From the IMG/VR virus record IMGVR_UViG_3300037183_000141, positions 12,464-76,463 of that record: a stretch of DNA of 64,000 nucleotides. One strand, given 5' to 3'. Shown one piece after another: positions 46,485 through 54,650 of this stretch. Within the stretch, counting starts at the first letter, position 1. Each line of letters opens with the position of its first letter. The position numbers and the translations under genes are program-made. The notes below the pieces were generated by a model. It had not been told where the DNA came from, made no database searches, and saw only the letters and a program-made list of their open reading frames with translations. Origin of the DNA: a virus (lineage: Duplodnaviria > Caudoviricetes).

Positions 46485-47558
46485 TTGAACACTATTCCGA
46501 GCCTGAAGTACGACATCAAGCCCCTCGACTCCGTTCAGGTCCGCATGACGGCCTCCCGGACGTCCGCGGGCAAGAACAAGACGCTGGCCGACATGACGAG
46601 CCGGTGCGAGGTGAACGTCGACGGGGCGGGGTGGACTCGCTCCACCTCCCGGTTCTGGGGATCCCTGTTCTCCCTGTTCGGGATCTCCGGGAACATCTTC
46701 CGGTTCTTCGACCACCAGGAGGTGCTCGACCGCATCTGCGAGCGCCGCGGGTCGACCGACCTCCGCTTCTGCACGGACCCTGCCGGGAAGGCCCTGGCTG
46801 TATCCAGCGTCAAGCGGGAGCCCGTCGGCATCCCGGACCTGCGGGCCCTGGTCCGTAAGCACGGCCCCCGGGAGGTCGCGTACGGGGACGGCGTCGTCAC
46901 CCTGACGATGGTCCCGAAGTCCGGTATGCGCGAGAGCCGGATCGGGCCGGACACGTTCCGCGACGAGTACGTGGTGGACGTCCCGGTGGACGGCTACGGC
47001 GGCCCGTCGACCTACCTGTCGATGTTCCGCATCATCTGCTCGAACGGCGCCGTGGCGCGAGTCCCGGAGTTCCGCTCCGACATCGTTACCGGCAAGGACG
47101 AGCCGATCCACGCCCTGTCTCGGGCCCTCGACACCTTCTCGAACGAGGAGGGGTTCTCGGCCCTCCGAGAGCGCTACGAGTCCGCCCAGCGGTCCCCGGC
47201 CTCGGTCCGCGAGTGCCTGTCCGTCCAGAAGATCCTCAAGGACGTTGGGTCCACGGCGCTCGACCGATACGAGGCCGCAGTCGGCGACCTGCGCGGGACC
47301 TACGGGATGGCCAACCTGAACGGGCTGAGCGAGAAGCGCCAGCGCGTGCTCCCGGCCAAGTGCACCGTGTACGACCTCATCAACGTGGCGTCCGAGACGA
47401 CGACGCACGACGAGCGCTCGAAGGCCACGCTGACCCTCGAGGCCTGGATCGGCTCCATCCTGCGGGAGGAGTACGACCTCGAGGGCGTCATCCCGCGCGG
47501 CAAAGACTTCCAGGGGATCTTCGGCACGAAGTCCCCGGCCGGATTCGCGAAGGCCTGA
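46485..47558 (+). CDS. DUF932-like protein
   Basis: 357 aa, RIICSNG motif, AAGGAG RBS before TTG. Confidence 0.5.
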   Translation: MNTIPSLKYDIKPLDSVQVRMTASRTSAGKNKTLADMTSRCEVNVDGAGWTRSTSRFWGSLFSLFGISGNIFRFFDHQEVLDRICERRGSTDLRFCTDPAGKALAVSSVKREPVGIPDLRALVRKHGPREVAYGDGVVTLTMVPKSGMRESRIGPDTFRDEYVVDVPVDGYGGPSTYLSMFRIICSNGAVARVPEFRSDIVTGKDEPIHALSRALDTFSNEEGFSALRERYESAQRSPASVRECLSVQKILKDVGSTALDRYEAAVGDLRGTYGMANLNGLSEKRQRVLPAKCTVYDLINVASETTTHDERSKATLTLEAWIGSILREEYDLEGVIPRGKDFQGIFGTKSPAGFAKA

Positions 47559-48217
47559 GCCTGGACCGCGCGAGGTTAGTCTCCATATTGGAGACAATCG
47601 AGAAGGACGTCGGTAACTCCCCTGACGAACTGGCTGTCTGCGTCGAGGCGAGGACCGGGGATCCATTCAGGGTCCTTGTGTCCACGCTTCTCTCTCTAAG
47701 AGCTCGGGATGAGGTCACACATATCGTGACCAGGTCCTTGCTTGCGGAAGCACCTGATCCAAAGACTCTTGCTGATCTATCTCAGGAAAAAGTTGTTCAC
47801 TTGATCCGTCAAACAAGTTTTCGGAACACGAAGGCACTTCACCTGCGCGGCATTGCGAAGGACCTGATAGAAAAGCATGACGGGACTGTCCCGGAGACGA
47901 TGGGGGAGCTCTTAGCGCTTAAGGGGATAGGAAGAAAGAGCGCGAACTTGATTTTAAACCTTGGTTTCGGGAAGGGAGGCGTGTGCGTCGATACTCACGT
48001 ATTTTCCCTTTCTAATAGACTCGGTATAGTGAGGGCAAGGACGCCAGCCGAAGCGGAAAAAAATCTTCAGAAGAAACTTCCGCCCGGTTGGTGGATTAAA
48101 GTGAACGGTATTTTCATAGCGTTTGGTCGGAAGACGTGTACGCCGTTCTTACCAAAGTGCTCGAAATGTCCAGTCCATGATAAATGTCCTCAAATCGGGA
48201 TCAATAAACACAGATAA
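47555..48217 (+). CDS. nth: Endonuclease III (HhH-GPD, 4Fe-4S)
   Basis: PFRVLVSTLLS, LKGIGRKSAN, VDTHV, CTPFLPKCSKCPVHDKC; start CTG 47555 or TTG 47588. Confidence 0.9.
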   Translation: MSLDRARLVSILETIEKDVGNSPDELAVCVEARTGDPFRVLVSTLLSLRARDEVTHIVTRSLLAEAPDPKTLADLSQEKVVHLIRQTSFRNTKALHLRGIAKDLIEKHDGTVPETMGELLALKGIGRKSANLILNLGFGKGGVCVDTHVFSLSNRLGIVRARTPAEAEKNLQKKLPPGWWIKVNGIFIAFGRKTCTPFLPKCSKCPVHDKCPQIGINKHR

Positions 48218-49064
48218 CACGTTCGAGTGTTCAAAATGTGGTCCGGTTCCCCTATCTGAGTGCAAGACTTTTCGCTCTAAAAACATCAAGAGCGGATACC
48301 GGACATACTGCGGCCGGTGTTCAAGAGCGAGAAACTCGAAGTCTTACGTCGAAAACAAAGAATCGCATGACCTCGGGACAAAGCTCTGGAGAGGAGCTAA
48401 CCCAGAAGCGTCGAGGCGGATCGGACGAGACTCAAATTCGAGGTGGAGAGAGAAAAATCCGGAGCTAGCCTTGGAGCTAGAACGTCAAAATAACGCCCGG
48501 ACGAAGGACCTCGTCTGTTCCATAAAGTCTCTTGCTAGAGAAAAATATGGCATAAAGTGTCAATGTTGCGGCGAGGCAGAAGATGCCTTCCTGCGTATCG
48601 ATCATGTTGACGGCGGAGGCACACAACATCGTAAGACAGTTGGTATCAACTTTTGGTTTTGGCTCGCCGAAGAAAACTTCCCGTCCGGGTTCCGCACCCT
48701 TTGCCATAACTGCAATATGTCTTACGGGTCGTACGGAGGATGCCCACATCAGCCAGGTTTTGTTTACACGCCGGGCTCTTCTTCCGCCAAGAGCATGAGA
48801 AAAATCAGGACTGAAGTAATACTTGAATACGGGGGTAGATGTTCTTGTTGCAGCGAAAGAATTTACGAGTTCTTGGCTTTAGATCACATTAATGGCGGCG
48901 GTCGAGCCCATCTCAAGAATCTTGGGTTGAAGAGCGGTGGCGTAAATTTGGCCCGATGGGCGCGAAACAACGGATATCCAGATTCACTTCGTGTCCTGTG
49001 TCACAATTGCAATTTCGCCTCAGGACATTCCGGCGCATGTCCGCACTCGACGTTCACCAGGTGA
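48177..49064 (+). CDS. His-Me (HNH/EndoVII-like) endonuclease with two tandem nuclease domains
   Basis: CSKC..CGRC; CQCC..IDHVDGGG..LCHNCN..CPH repeated as CSCC..LDHINGGG..LCHNCN..CPH; low GC. Confidence 0.8.
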   Translation: MINVLKSGSINTDNTFECSKCGPVPLSECKTFRSKNIKSGYRTYCGRCSRARNSKSYVENKESHDLGTKLWRGANPEASRRIGRDSNSRWREKNPELALELERQNNARTKDLVCSIKSLAREKYGIKCQCCGEAEDAFLRIDHVDGGGTQHRKTVGINFWFWLAEENFPSGFRTLCHNCNMSYGSYGGCPHQPGFVYTPGSSSAKSMRKIRTEVILEYGGRCSCCSERIYEFLALDHINGGGRAHLKNLGLKSGGVNLARWARNNGYPDSLRVLCHNCNFASGHSGACPHSTFTR

Positions 49065-49065
49065 A

Positions 49066-49338
49066 TCAGAACCCGTGGCAGCCGGAGCCGGGGGTCGGGA
49101 GTTCATGTATAACGTTCTCCGGCTCCCATGGCTTCCCGCAGCCGAGGCACTCCGGCCTATCGCGCCTGAAGGCCATGTCCGCGCAATGATCGCAGCGCTT
49201 CCCGCAGTGCTCCTTCAGGATGGCACGCTTACACTTCTTCGGGGAGTGACCGGTATATCCGCATCTGGTGCAGGCCGGACCTTTCTTCAGATATCCTTCT
49301 ATGGATTCTGGCTTTTCGTCGGGCTCAGTCCCCATCAT
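49066..49338 (-). CDS. Zinc-knuckle (CCHC) protein
   Basis: CTRCGYTGHSPKKC = CX2CX4HX4C, plus further CxxC pairs. Confidence 0.6.
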   Translation of the reverse strand: MMGTEPDEKPESIEGYLKKGPACTRCGYTGHSPKKCKRAILKEHCGKRCDHCADMAFRRDRPECLGCGKPWEPENVIHELPTPGSGCHGF

Positions 49339-49355
49339 GGGAAACCCTACAACGT

Positions 49356-49979
49356 CTAACGTCCGGTACTGAGGGCCTCGGATATCTCCGTCCGGAGGGC
49401 CCCGCGCTTCCACACGGGCCCGTACGAGGAAGTAGAGCGCCCGGCGAGACAGTCCAGGGCGTAGCTTCTGGCGGTCGGGCCTATGGCCCCGCGGACGGCC
49501 AGGATGTCCAGGTCTATCTCCGCGTCCAAAGGAAGGGGGTCCGAGGCCGGCGTCGCGACAGTGTCCTCGAGCGCGGCGCCCGTCGGGCCGACTGCGCCCG
49601 CGGCGCCCTGGAGCGAGAGCTCTGACGCACGGCGCGAGTCGGAGTTGGCCATGTTCGCGCCGGTCGCTTTCGCGACCATATATATGTAGTGCCGGAGGGA
49701 GGACTTCCTAGGGTCGTGCGCGGAGGGCATGTGGTTGCGCGCGGCCATGCGGACGCAGACCTCCTGGAAGTAGTCGTCGATCTCGTACCCGGGAGGGGCC
49801 CTAAAGTACTTGCGGACGACCTCGCGCACCTCGGACGCCGCCGAGGATAGGTCGACACCTAGCTGCGTCCCGTCCTCGGCGCACCTGGGCCACGGCAGGT
49901 GCGGCGCCCTGGGGGACGCCTCGTATGTCCCGGCTTTCTTGAGGGCCCTGTACTCACGTGCTCGCTCCGCGGATGACAT
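49356..49979 (-). CDS. ECF-like sigma factor (region 2 clear, region 4 weak)
   Basis: EIDDYFQEVCVRM..HDPRKSSLRHYIYMVAK. Confidence 0.6.
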   Translation of the reverse strand: MSSAERAREYRALKKAGTYEASPRAPHLPWPRCAEDGTQLGVDLSSAASEVREVVRKYFRAPPGYEIDDYFQEVCVRMAARNHMPSAHDPRKSSLRHYIYMVAKATGANMANSDSRRASELSLQGAAGAVGPTGAALEDTVATPASDPLPLDAEIDLDILAVRGAIGPTARSYALDCLAGRSTSSYGPVWKRGALRTEISEALSTGR

Positions 49980-50003
49980 CCGGGGCCACGTTACCGAAAA
50001 CTG

Positions 50004-50318
50004 TCAGTGTGGGACTACGTGAACAATGGAGGCCGGGACCGTCAAGACCATTGTGCTCCCCCGAAAGCTGGCCGACAGGACGACAGTGCCGTCCTTGGAC
50101 ATCATGGTGACAGTCCCTCTTGTTCCGGAGTAAGAGCCTGACCTGATGGTCACAACATCGCCGACCTCCACGGGCTGTCGGCCACACTTCCAGTCTACGG
50201 TCAAATCCGTCTCGTTTGGCGTTATGAAATACCCAAGACGCGACATCATGGAAACAGCTCTCTTATAAGCTATCACACTTCCGTATGACCTTTTTCCTGA
50301 CGTCTCTTTCTTCTTCAC
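50004..50318 (-). CDS. NusG/RfaH C-terminal-like KOW protein
   Basis: VEVGDVVTIRSGSYSGTRGTV..VVLSASFRGSTMVLTV. Confidence 0.6.
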   Translation of the reverse strand: MKKKETSGKRSYGSVIAYKRAVSMMSRLGYFITPNETDLTVDWKCGRQPVEVGDVVTIRSGSYSGTRGTVTMMSKDGTVVLSASFRGSTMVLTVPASIVHVVPH

Positions 50319-50359
50319 TTAGCTATCATACACTATGGTTCTAATCCACATTTCCTCAG

Positions 50360-51259
50360 ATGACTTCCATGAAGGTAGGGGGTTGGCGGCGCGAAGACCA
50401 AAGCAGTAGAGCGGAGAAGATCGCCTCCCAGCCTGACTTCTCGGTCGTGAGGGCGAAGATGGGCTCGTACCTCGCCCCGGGTAGCGAGCCGTCTGACCTC
50501 CGACGGTTCTCCCCGCCGAAGAGGCATAACCAGCTGACGTCGAACTCGTGCGTCGCGAACTCAATGACCAGGGCGCTCGAGAATAAGCGCATCCAGAAGG
50601 CATACTATACGGCCCTGTCGACCGGGACGGCCGACGCCGCGGCGCTCGCGGCGGCGCAGTCCCAGCACGTCGCCCTCTCAAGGCTCGCCCTATACTACCT
50701 CTCCCGCGAGGAGATGAACCCGCCGGAGACGGACAAGGACGGGGGGACGATCATCTCGATAGCCGCCGAGCTCCTCCGGACCTTCGGCGTGTCGCGCGAG
50801 GACCCGGACCCGTCGGACCCGTCCGCGGCGTCATGGCCGTTCGACCTCGCGAAGCTCTTTGTCCCGCCGTCGTGGAAGGCGATGCGCGACGCCGCGGTCC
50901 ACAAGATATCGTCGTGGTCCAGGATCTCGAGCTCCGGGAGCCAGCGCGTTGACGACGTCATCGCGGCGCTCTCGGCCGGAAACGTCGTCGTCTACGGGAC
51001 GCAGGTCGGGAGCAACTGGCAGAAGTACGACGGGAGCTCCGTCATCCAGCCCGTGGTCGGGACCCCAGAGGGGGGCCATGCGACCATGCTGTGCGGCTGG
51101 GACCCCTCCGGGTTCTTCTGGGACGAGAACTCCTGGGACAACAGCTGGGGCGACGACGGGTTCTGCAAGGTCTCGTCCGACGTCGTCGCGAGCGACCAAT
51201 CGTCTGATTTTGTCGTCGTGCAAGGTGGGTGGGAGCCCTGGCACCAGCAGGCGGCGTAA
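50360..51259 (+). CDS. Papain-like cysteine peptidase (C1A)
   Basis: NQLTSNSCVANS, GGHATMLCGW, ENSWDNSWGDDG. Confidence 0.85.
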   Translation: MTSMKVGGWRREDQSSRAEKIASQPDFSVVRAKMGSYLAPGSEPSDLRRFSPPKRHNQLTSNSCVANSMTRALENKRIQKAYYTALSTGTADAAALAAAQSQHVALSRLALYYLSREEMNPPETDKDGGTIISIAAELLRTFGVSREDPDPSDPSAASWPFDLAKLFVPPSWKAMRDAAVHKISSWSRISSSGSQRVDDVIAALSAGNVVVYGTQVGSNWQKYDGSSVIQPVVGTPEGGHATMLCGWDPSGFFWDENSWDNSWGDDGFCKVSSDVVASDQSSDFVVVQGGWEPWHQQAA

Positions 51260-51268
51260 GTTCGCCAA

Positions 51269-51367
51269 ATGGGCGACAACATCCTCCGGTTCCTGCTCGG
51301 AGTCACATTCGGATACTGCATCTGCCTCCTCCTGCACCGGGAGGGATGGCCATGGCGCTGGAGATGA
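51269..51367 (+). CDS. 32-aa membrane peptide
   Basis: Not in the track; MGDNILRFLLGVTFGYCICLLLHREGWPWRWR; GCGTA-N10-ATG. Confidence 0.45.
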   Translation: MGDNILRFLLGVTFGYCICLLLHREGWPWRWR

Positions 51368-51369
51368 TC

Positions 51370-51663
51370 ATGAAGACGTTCTTTCTCGCACTGACACTCT
51401 GCCTCGCCGCATGCGGCCCCGCCGTCGAGCACCCGCACCCGCACCTCCCCACGGACACGCCGCGCTGCCCGGACGCGTGCGCGCACCTGAGGGAGCTGAA
51501 GTGCGACGAGGGGCAGCCTCTCGCTGACGGGACCACCTGCGAGGCCTTCTGCGAGAGCACTCAGACGTCCGGACACGCCCTGATGCCCTCTTGCGTCGTG
51601 AACATCAAGAAGTGCTCGGACATGGACGAGCTCGACTCGTTCTGCCCGAACCCGGCCCCCTAG
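51370..51663 (+). CDS. Cys-rich lipoprotein
   Basis: MKTFFLALTLCLAAC lipobox; 7 further Cys. Confidence 0.7.
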   Translation: MKTFFLALTLCLAACGPAVEHPHPHLPTDTPRCPDACAHLRELKCDEGQPLADGTTCEAFCESTQTSGHALMPSCVVNIKKCSDMDELDSFCPNPAP

Positions 51664-51819
51664 GACGAACCTTCGGCCGCCTTGCGCGTGGCAGCCAGCA
51701 CCCATTCTGAGGGCTTGTAGACGTCATACCCAGAGTATGGTGTCGGCCTCCCCTCTGGGCCGAGGTGTGCAGAGCATGGCCTCCCCTTTCCGAGTATGCA
51801 GGAGGAGCACCAAGCAGGG

Positions 51820-52059
51820 TCAGCGGGGATCATAGTATAGGGCGCGGATCTTCGGTTCGGCGGGACGGGCGGCCTTCACCGGCATTGAGGGCATACGCTG
51901 CGTCGGAGGGCTGTCCGTGAGGTCGTCGACGGCCTGGATCACGCGGTCCAGACGGGCGAGATTACCCTCTCCGAGGGGCATGTTGGAGACCGCCCTGGCG
52001 GCGGCCAAGAGCTCATAGAAAGTGCTCTCCAGTTTCGTCATCACGTTCGGTTTGTCCAT
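51820..52059 (-). CDS. Hypothetical protein
   Basis: ATG 52059 preceded by the AGGTC-N15-TA motif. Confidence 0.55.
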   Translation of the reverse strand: MDKPNVMTKLESTFYELLAAARAVSNMPLGEGNLARLDRVIQAVDDLTDSPPTQRMPSMPVKAARPAEPKIRALYYDPR

Positions 52060-52088
52060 ACTCCCGCCTACGAAGGCCGGGAAAGGAC

Positions 52089-52454
52089 CTACGAGGTTAT
52101 CACGAACGCGGCCAGCGCGTCGGCGCACGAGGCCGGGACCTTGAACTTGAAGTTGTTGAGGGCCTGGATGAGTATCCTGGACACCGTTGTGTTCCTCACG
52201 TAGGCGTTCGGATCCCTGTCGTCGGACGACTTGAACTGTGTCGCCCTCGCGTTCCAACAACACCCGGAGCACCGGACAACGACCGTAGCGTTCACCCCGT
52301 CTATCGAGCGGTCCCCGGTCCTGTTGCCGCTTCTCCCGCTAAACCTCTTGACGTCGGTGAAGGAGACATGGGCCGCCAGGGGACGATGGTCCCCGTGAGA
52401 GAATCCGACGACCTCCAGATCCCGGTCGGCATTCGTCCTCTCCTCAGTTTTCAC
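52089..52454 (-). CDS. Hypothetical protein with C-terminal VITS tag
   Basis: 121 aa. Confidence 0.5.
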   Translation of the reverse strand: MKTEERTNADRDLEVVGFSHGDHRPLAAHVSFTDVKRFSGRSGNRTGDRSIDGVNATVVVRCSGCCWNARATQFKSSDDRDPNAYVRNTTVSRILIQALNNFKFKVPASCADALAAFVITS

Positions 52455-52460
52455 CCGCCG

Positions 52461-52907
52461 TCACCCCTTCATCACGGTAAAAGCCACGGCGTCCCGGACG
52501 ACCGCGCCGAGATCCTCGTGACCGATGCCGGCGTTCACAAGACCGAAGACACAACTCCGGACCGTGTTGGCCAGGATCTGCGGGCCTGAGAGCTCGAACG
52601 TGGAGACGTACTCGAGGGCCTTCGACATCCCGGCCGGCATGTCGAGCTTGACTATCCCCGTCACGAAGGACGGGATGGACTCCGGGTCGTCCGGCCTCCC
52701 GACGACGGAGGGGATCGACATGTTGAACATGCGCTCGTCAGGACCCCTCCCGCCGACGATCGTGATGGCCGCCTTCGGGAGGTGTCCGAAAAGCACGGAG
52801 ACGTCGCCCGTCCCTCCGAACCGCAAGATCTCCCGTATCTCCTGGGCCGCCCGGACGAACCCCGGACGAAGGGCATCGGCGATCGGGTCGACCGTGTCCG
52901 GAGGCAT
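52461..52907 (-). CDS. Hypothetical protein with C-terminal VMKG tag
   Basis: ATG 52907 in a TGATG overlap with the upstream frame. Confidence 0.55.
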   Translation of the reverse strand: MPPDTVDPIADALRPGFVRAAQEIREILRFGGTGDVSVLFGHLPKAAITIVGGRGPDERMFNMSIPSVVGRPDDPESIPSFVTGIVKLDMPAGMSKALEYVSTFELSGPQILANTVRSCVFGLVNAGIGHEDLGAVVRDAVAFTVMKG

Positions 52908-53288
52908 CAGACGAGCTGGTTCGCGAGGAAGACCGCGAAGACGCCGCCGCTGGACGTCACGTAGAACTCGTGGCAGATCACGCCCCCGGCGTCCGCGGCG
53001 GCCTCGGACATCTGGGCCCCGAGCACCTTCGTGTCGACGGGCTCGCCCTCGAACAGCTGCCCCACCTTCACGCTGCTGAGGTTCACCGGCAGGCCGGGCT
53101 CCTGCGTGTAGCCGAGGCTGACAAGGGCGACGCCGTGCGACTCGACGAACTCGACGCCGATGCTGCGCGCACAGACGGTCGGGCCGACGAAGGAGGTGAC
53201 CTGCGAGCGGAGCTCGTCGGTCAGGTTGCCGTCCGCAGAGAGAGGGCCGGAGAAAATTTCGATTCGGGAATGGACTTGGTTTGGACAT
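52907..53288 (-). pseudogene. Coding frame lacking an in-frame canonical start (frameshifted or non-AUG start)
   Basis: About 119 high-GC3 codons (IEIFSGPLSADGNLTDELR..FLANQLV) whose TGA overlaps the next ATG; the nearest ATG (53288) is one frame off. Confidence 0.55.
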
Positions 53289-53308
53289 GCCGACGCTTAC
53301 ACCCGCGC

Positions 53309-53767
53309 TCACGTGCTCATTACGTGGTCGACGAGGGCGAGGTCGACCACGTCGTGGAGGACGGACGAGGAGACGCCCGCGGAGATCAGCGCCTTGAAGA
53401 ACTGCCGGACGCCGAGCGCCAGGCCGCGCGGCCCCTCGTCGACGACGCACTGGAGGCTCGCCCTGATCTGCTCAAGGTTGCTGTCCTCCCTCGGGTCGAG
53501 CTCGAGCTCCATGTCCTTCCCCTGCTCGAGGCCGAGACTCCCGCCCGGCCGGGTGACGAGGTACTGGGCGAAGTAGCTGATCTTCCCGTCGACGTCCTGC
53601 TGGACCACGCGGCACTCGGAGAGCCACTCCGGTATGGACACCGGCAGGTAGTGCGCCACGGCGTCGAACTCGGGCCTCGTCGACATGGACCTGTCCAGGG
53701 CCTCCTGGAACGCCGCGCGCAGCTCCGCCTCCAGCTCGTCCATCTCGCTCACTCCTCTCACCCTCAT
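53309..53767 (-). CDS. Hypothetical protein with C-terminal VMST tag
   Basis: High GC3; GCGTA-N9-ATG. Confidence 0.6.
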   Translation of the reverse strand: MRVRGVSEMDELEAELRAAFQEALDRSMSTRPEFDAVAHYLPVSIPEWLSECRVVQQDVDGKISYFAQYLVTRPGGSLGLEQGKDMELELDPREDSNLEQIRASLQCVVDEGPRGLALGVRQFFKALISAGVSSSVLHDVVDLALVDHVMST

Positions 53768-53905
53768 GCCAGAGGTTACGCCCAGTCCGGTAGGGTCTAC
53801 GATGGCGGCACCCACAGGGCAACCCGCCATCGGCAACGTCGGGACGGCCCTTGCCGCTCTGTGCAGGGTCGAGTCGAACTAGTAAATCTTCTGGGAGAAG
53901 AGTCC

Positions 53906-53931
53906 TCCGGTCGGCGAACGCGCCGACCGGA
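53906..53931. other. Perfect 11-bp hairpin upstream of cas5c
   Basis: tccggtcggcg-aacg-cgccgaccgga. Confidence 0.8.
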
Positions 53932-53993
53932 ACGTCTGCTGTCCGTAAGTGTCAGATCGGCTTATTTAGCTGTTCGGGAACCGGAGGCAGATA

Positions 53994-54650
53994 ATGAAGT
54001 TCATGATTCGAGCGAGAGGCCCGTACGCGCTTTTCACGAGGCCGGAGTTTTCCGCGGAGAGGCTCTCTTACGAGGCCCCTCCCCACTCTCAGGCCCGCGG
54101 CCTGATCGAGGCCGTCTATTGGAAGCCAGAGATGTTCTACACGATCGACAAGGTCGAGGTCCTGAAGCCGATCCGCTGGCTCAGCCTGTACCGGAACGAG
54201 GTCAAAGACTTCGGGAACGGGAAGGCGTACAGGGTCAACGACAACATGACTCAGCGAATGTCGACCGTCCTTACAGACGTCGACTATGTCATTCACGCGA
54301 CCGTCCACGTCTCGAAGAAGGGAATGGCGGACGGAGAGAAGGTGATAAAGCATTTCAAGATCGTGACGGACAGGGCGCGAAAGGGTCAGCACTTCCGCCA
54401 TCCTTCTTTCGGCGTGCGCGAGTACCGGGCTGACGTCTCCCTTCTCGAGAAGCGCTCCGACGCCCCGGAGGCGTTCCGGATCAACGTCGACATGGGCATC
54501 ATGCATTTCGACCGAAAGGGCTACTGCACCGGTGCCCTCGAAGCGAACGTCAATCTCTTCCATCACTGCTCCATTGTCGGCGGGATCCTGACATACCCGA
54601 CCTACGAGGCCGTCGAGACCAAGGGGATCGTCCTCGGGAGAGCAGCATGA
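53994..54650 (+). CDS. cas5c: Type I-C CRISPR-associated Cas5c (Cas5d)
   Basis: GPYALFTRPEF..ERLSY..SQARGLIEAVYWKP..VLKPI..RNEV..QR..VLTDVDY..KGQHFRHPSFGVREY. Confidence 0.9.
   Translation: MKFMIRARGPYALFTRPEFSAERLSYEAPPHSQARGLIEAVYWKPEMFYTIDKVEVLKPIRWLSLYRNEVKDFGNGKAYRVNDNMTQRMSTVLTDVDYVIHATVHVSKKGMADGEKVIKHFKIVTDRARKGQHFRHPSFGVREYRADVSLLEKRSDAPEAFRINVDMGIMHFDRKGYCTGALEANVNLFHHCSIVGGILTYPTYEAVETKGIVLGRAA

Noticed and set aside
3707-47666. Long antisense or alternate-frame ORFs (e.g. 3707-5089 +, 8347-10011 +, 38384-39202 +, 45231-47666 -)
   Set aside because: Shadow ORFs of GC-rich real genes, Arg/Gly/Pro-rich and without motifs
53855-53931. tRNA-like segment (GTTCGACTC on the minus strand with nearby hairpins)
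   Set aside because: The T-stem does not pair beyond 1 bp and no acceptor stem can be formed
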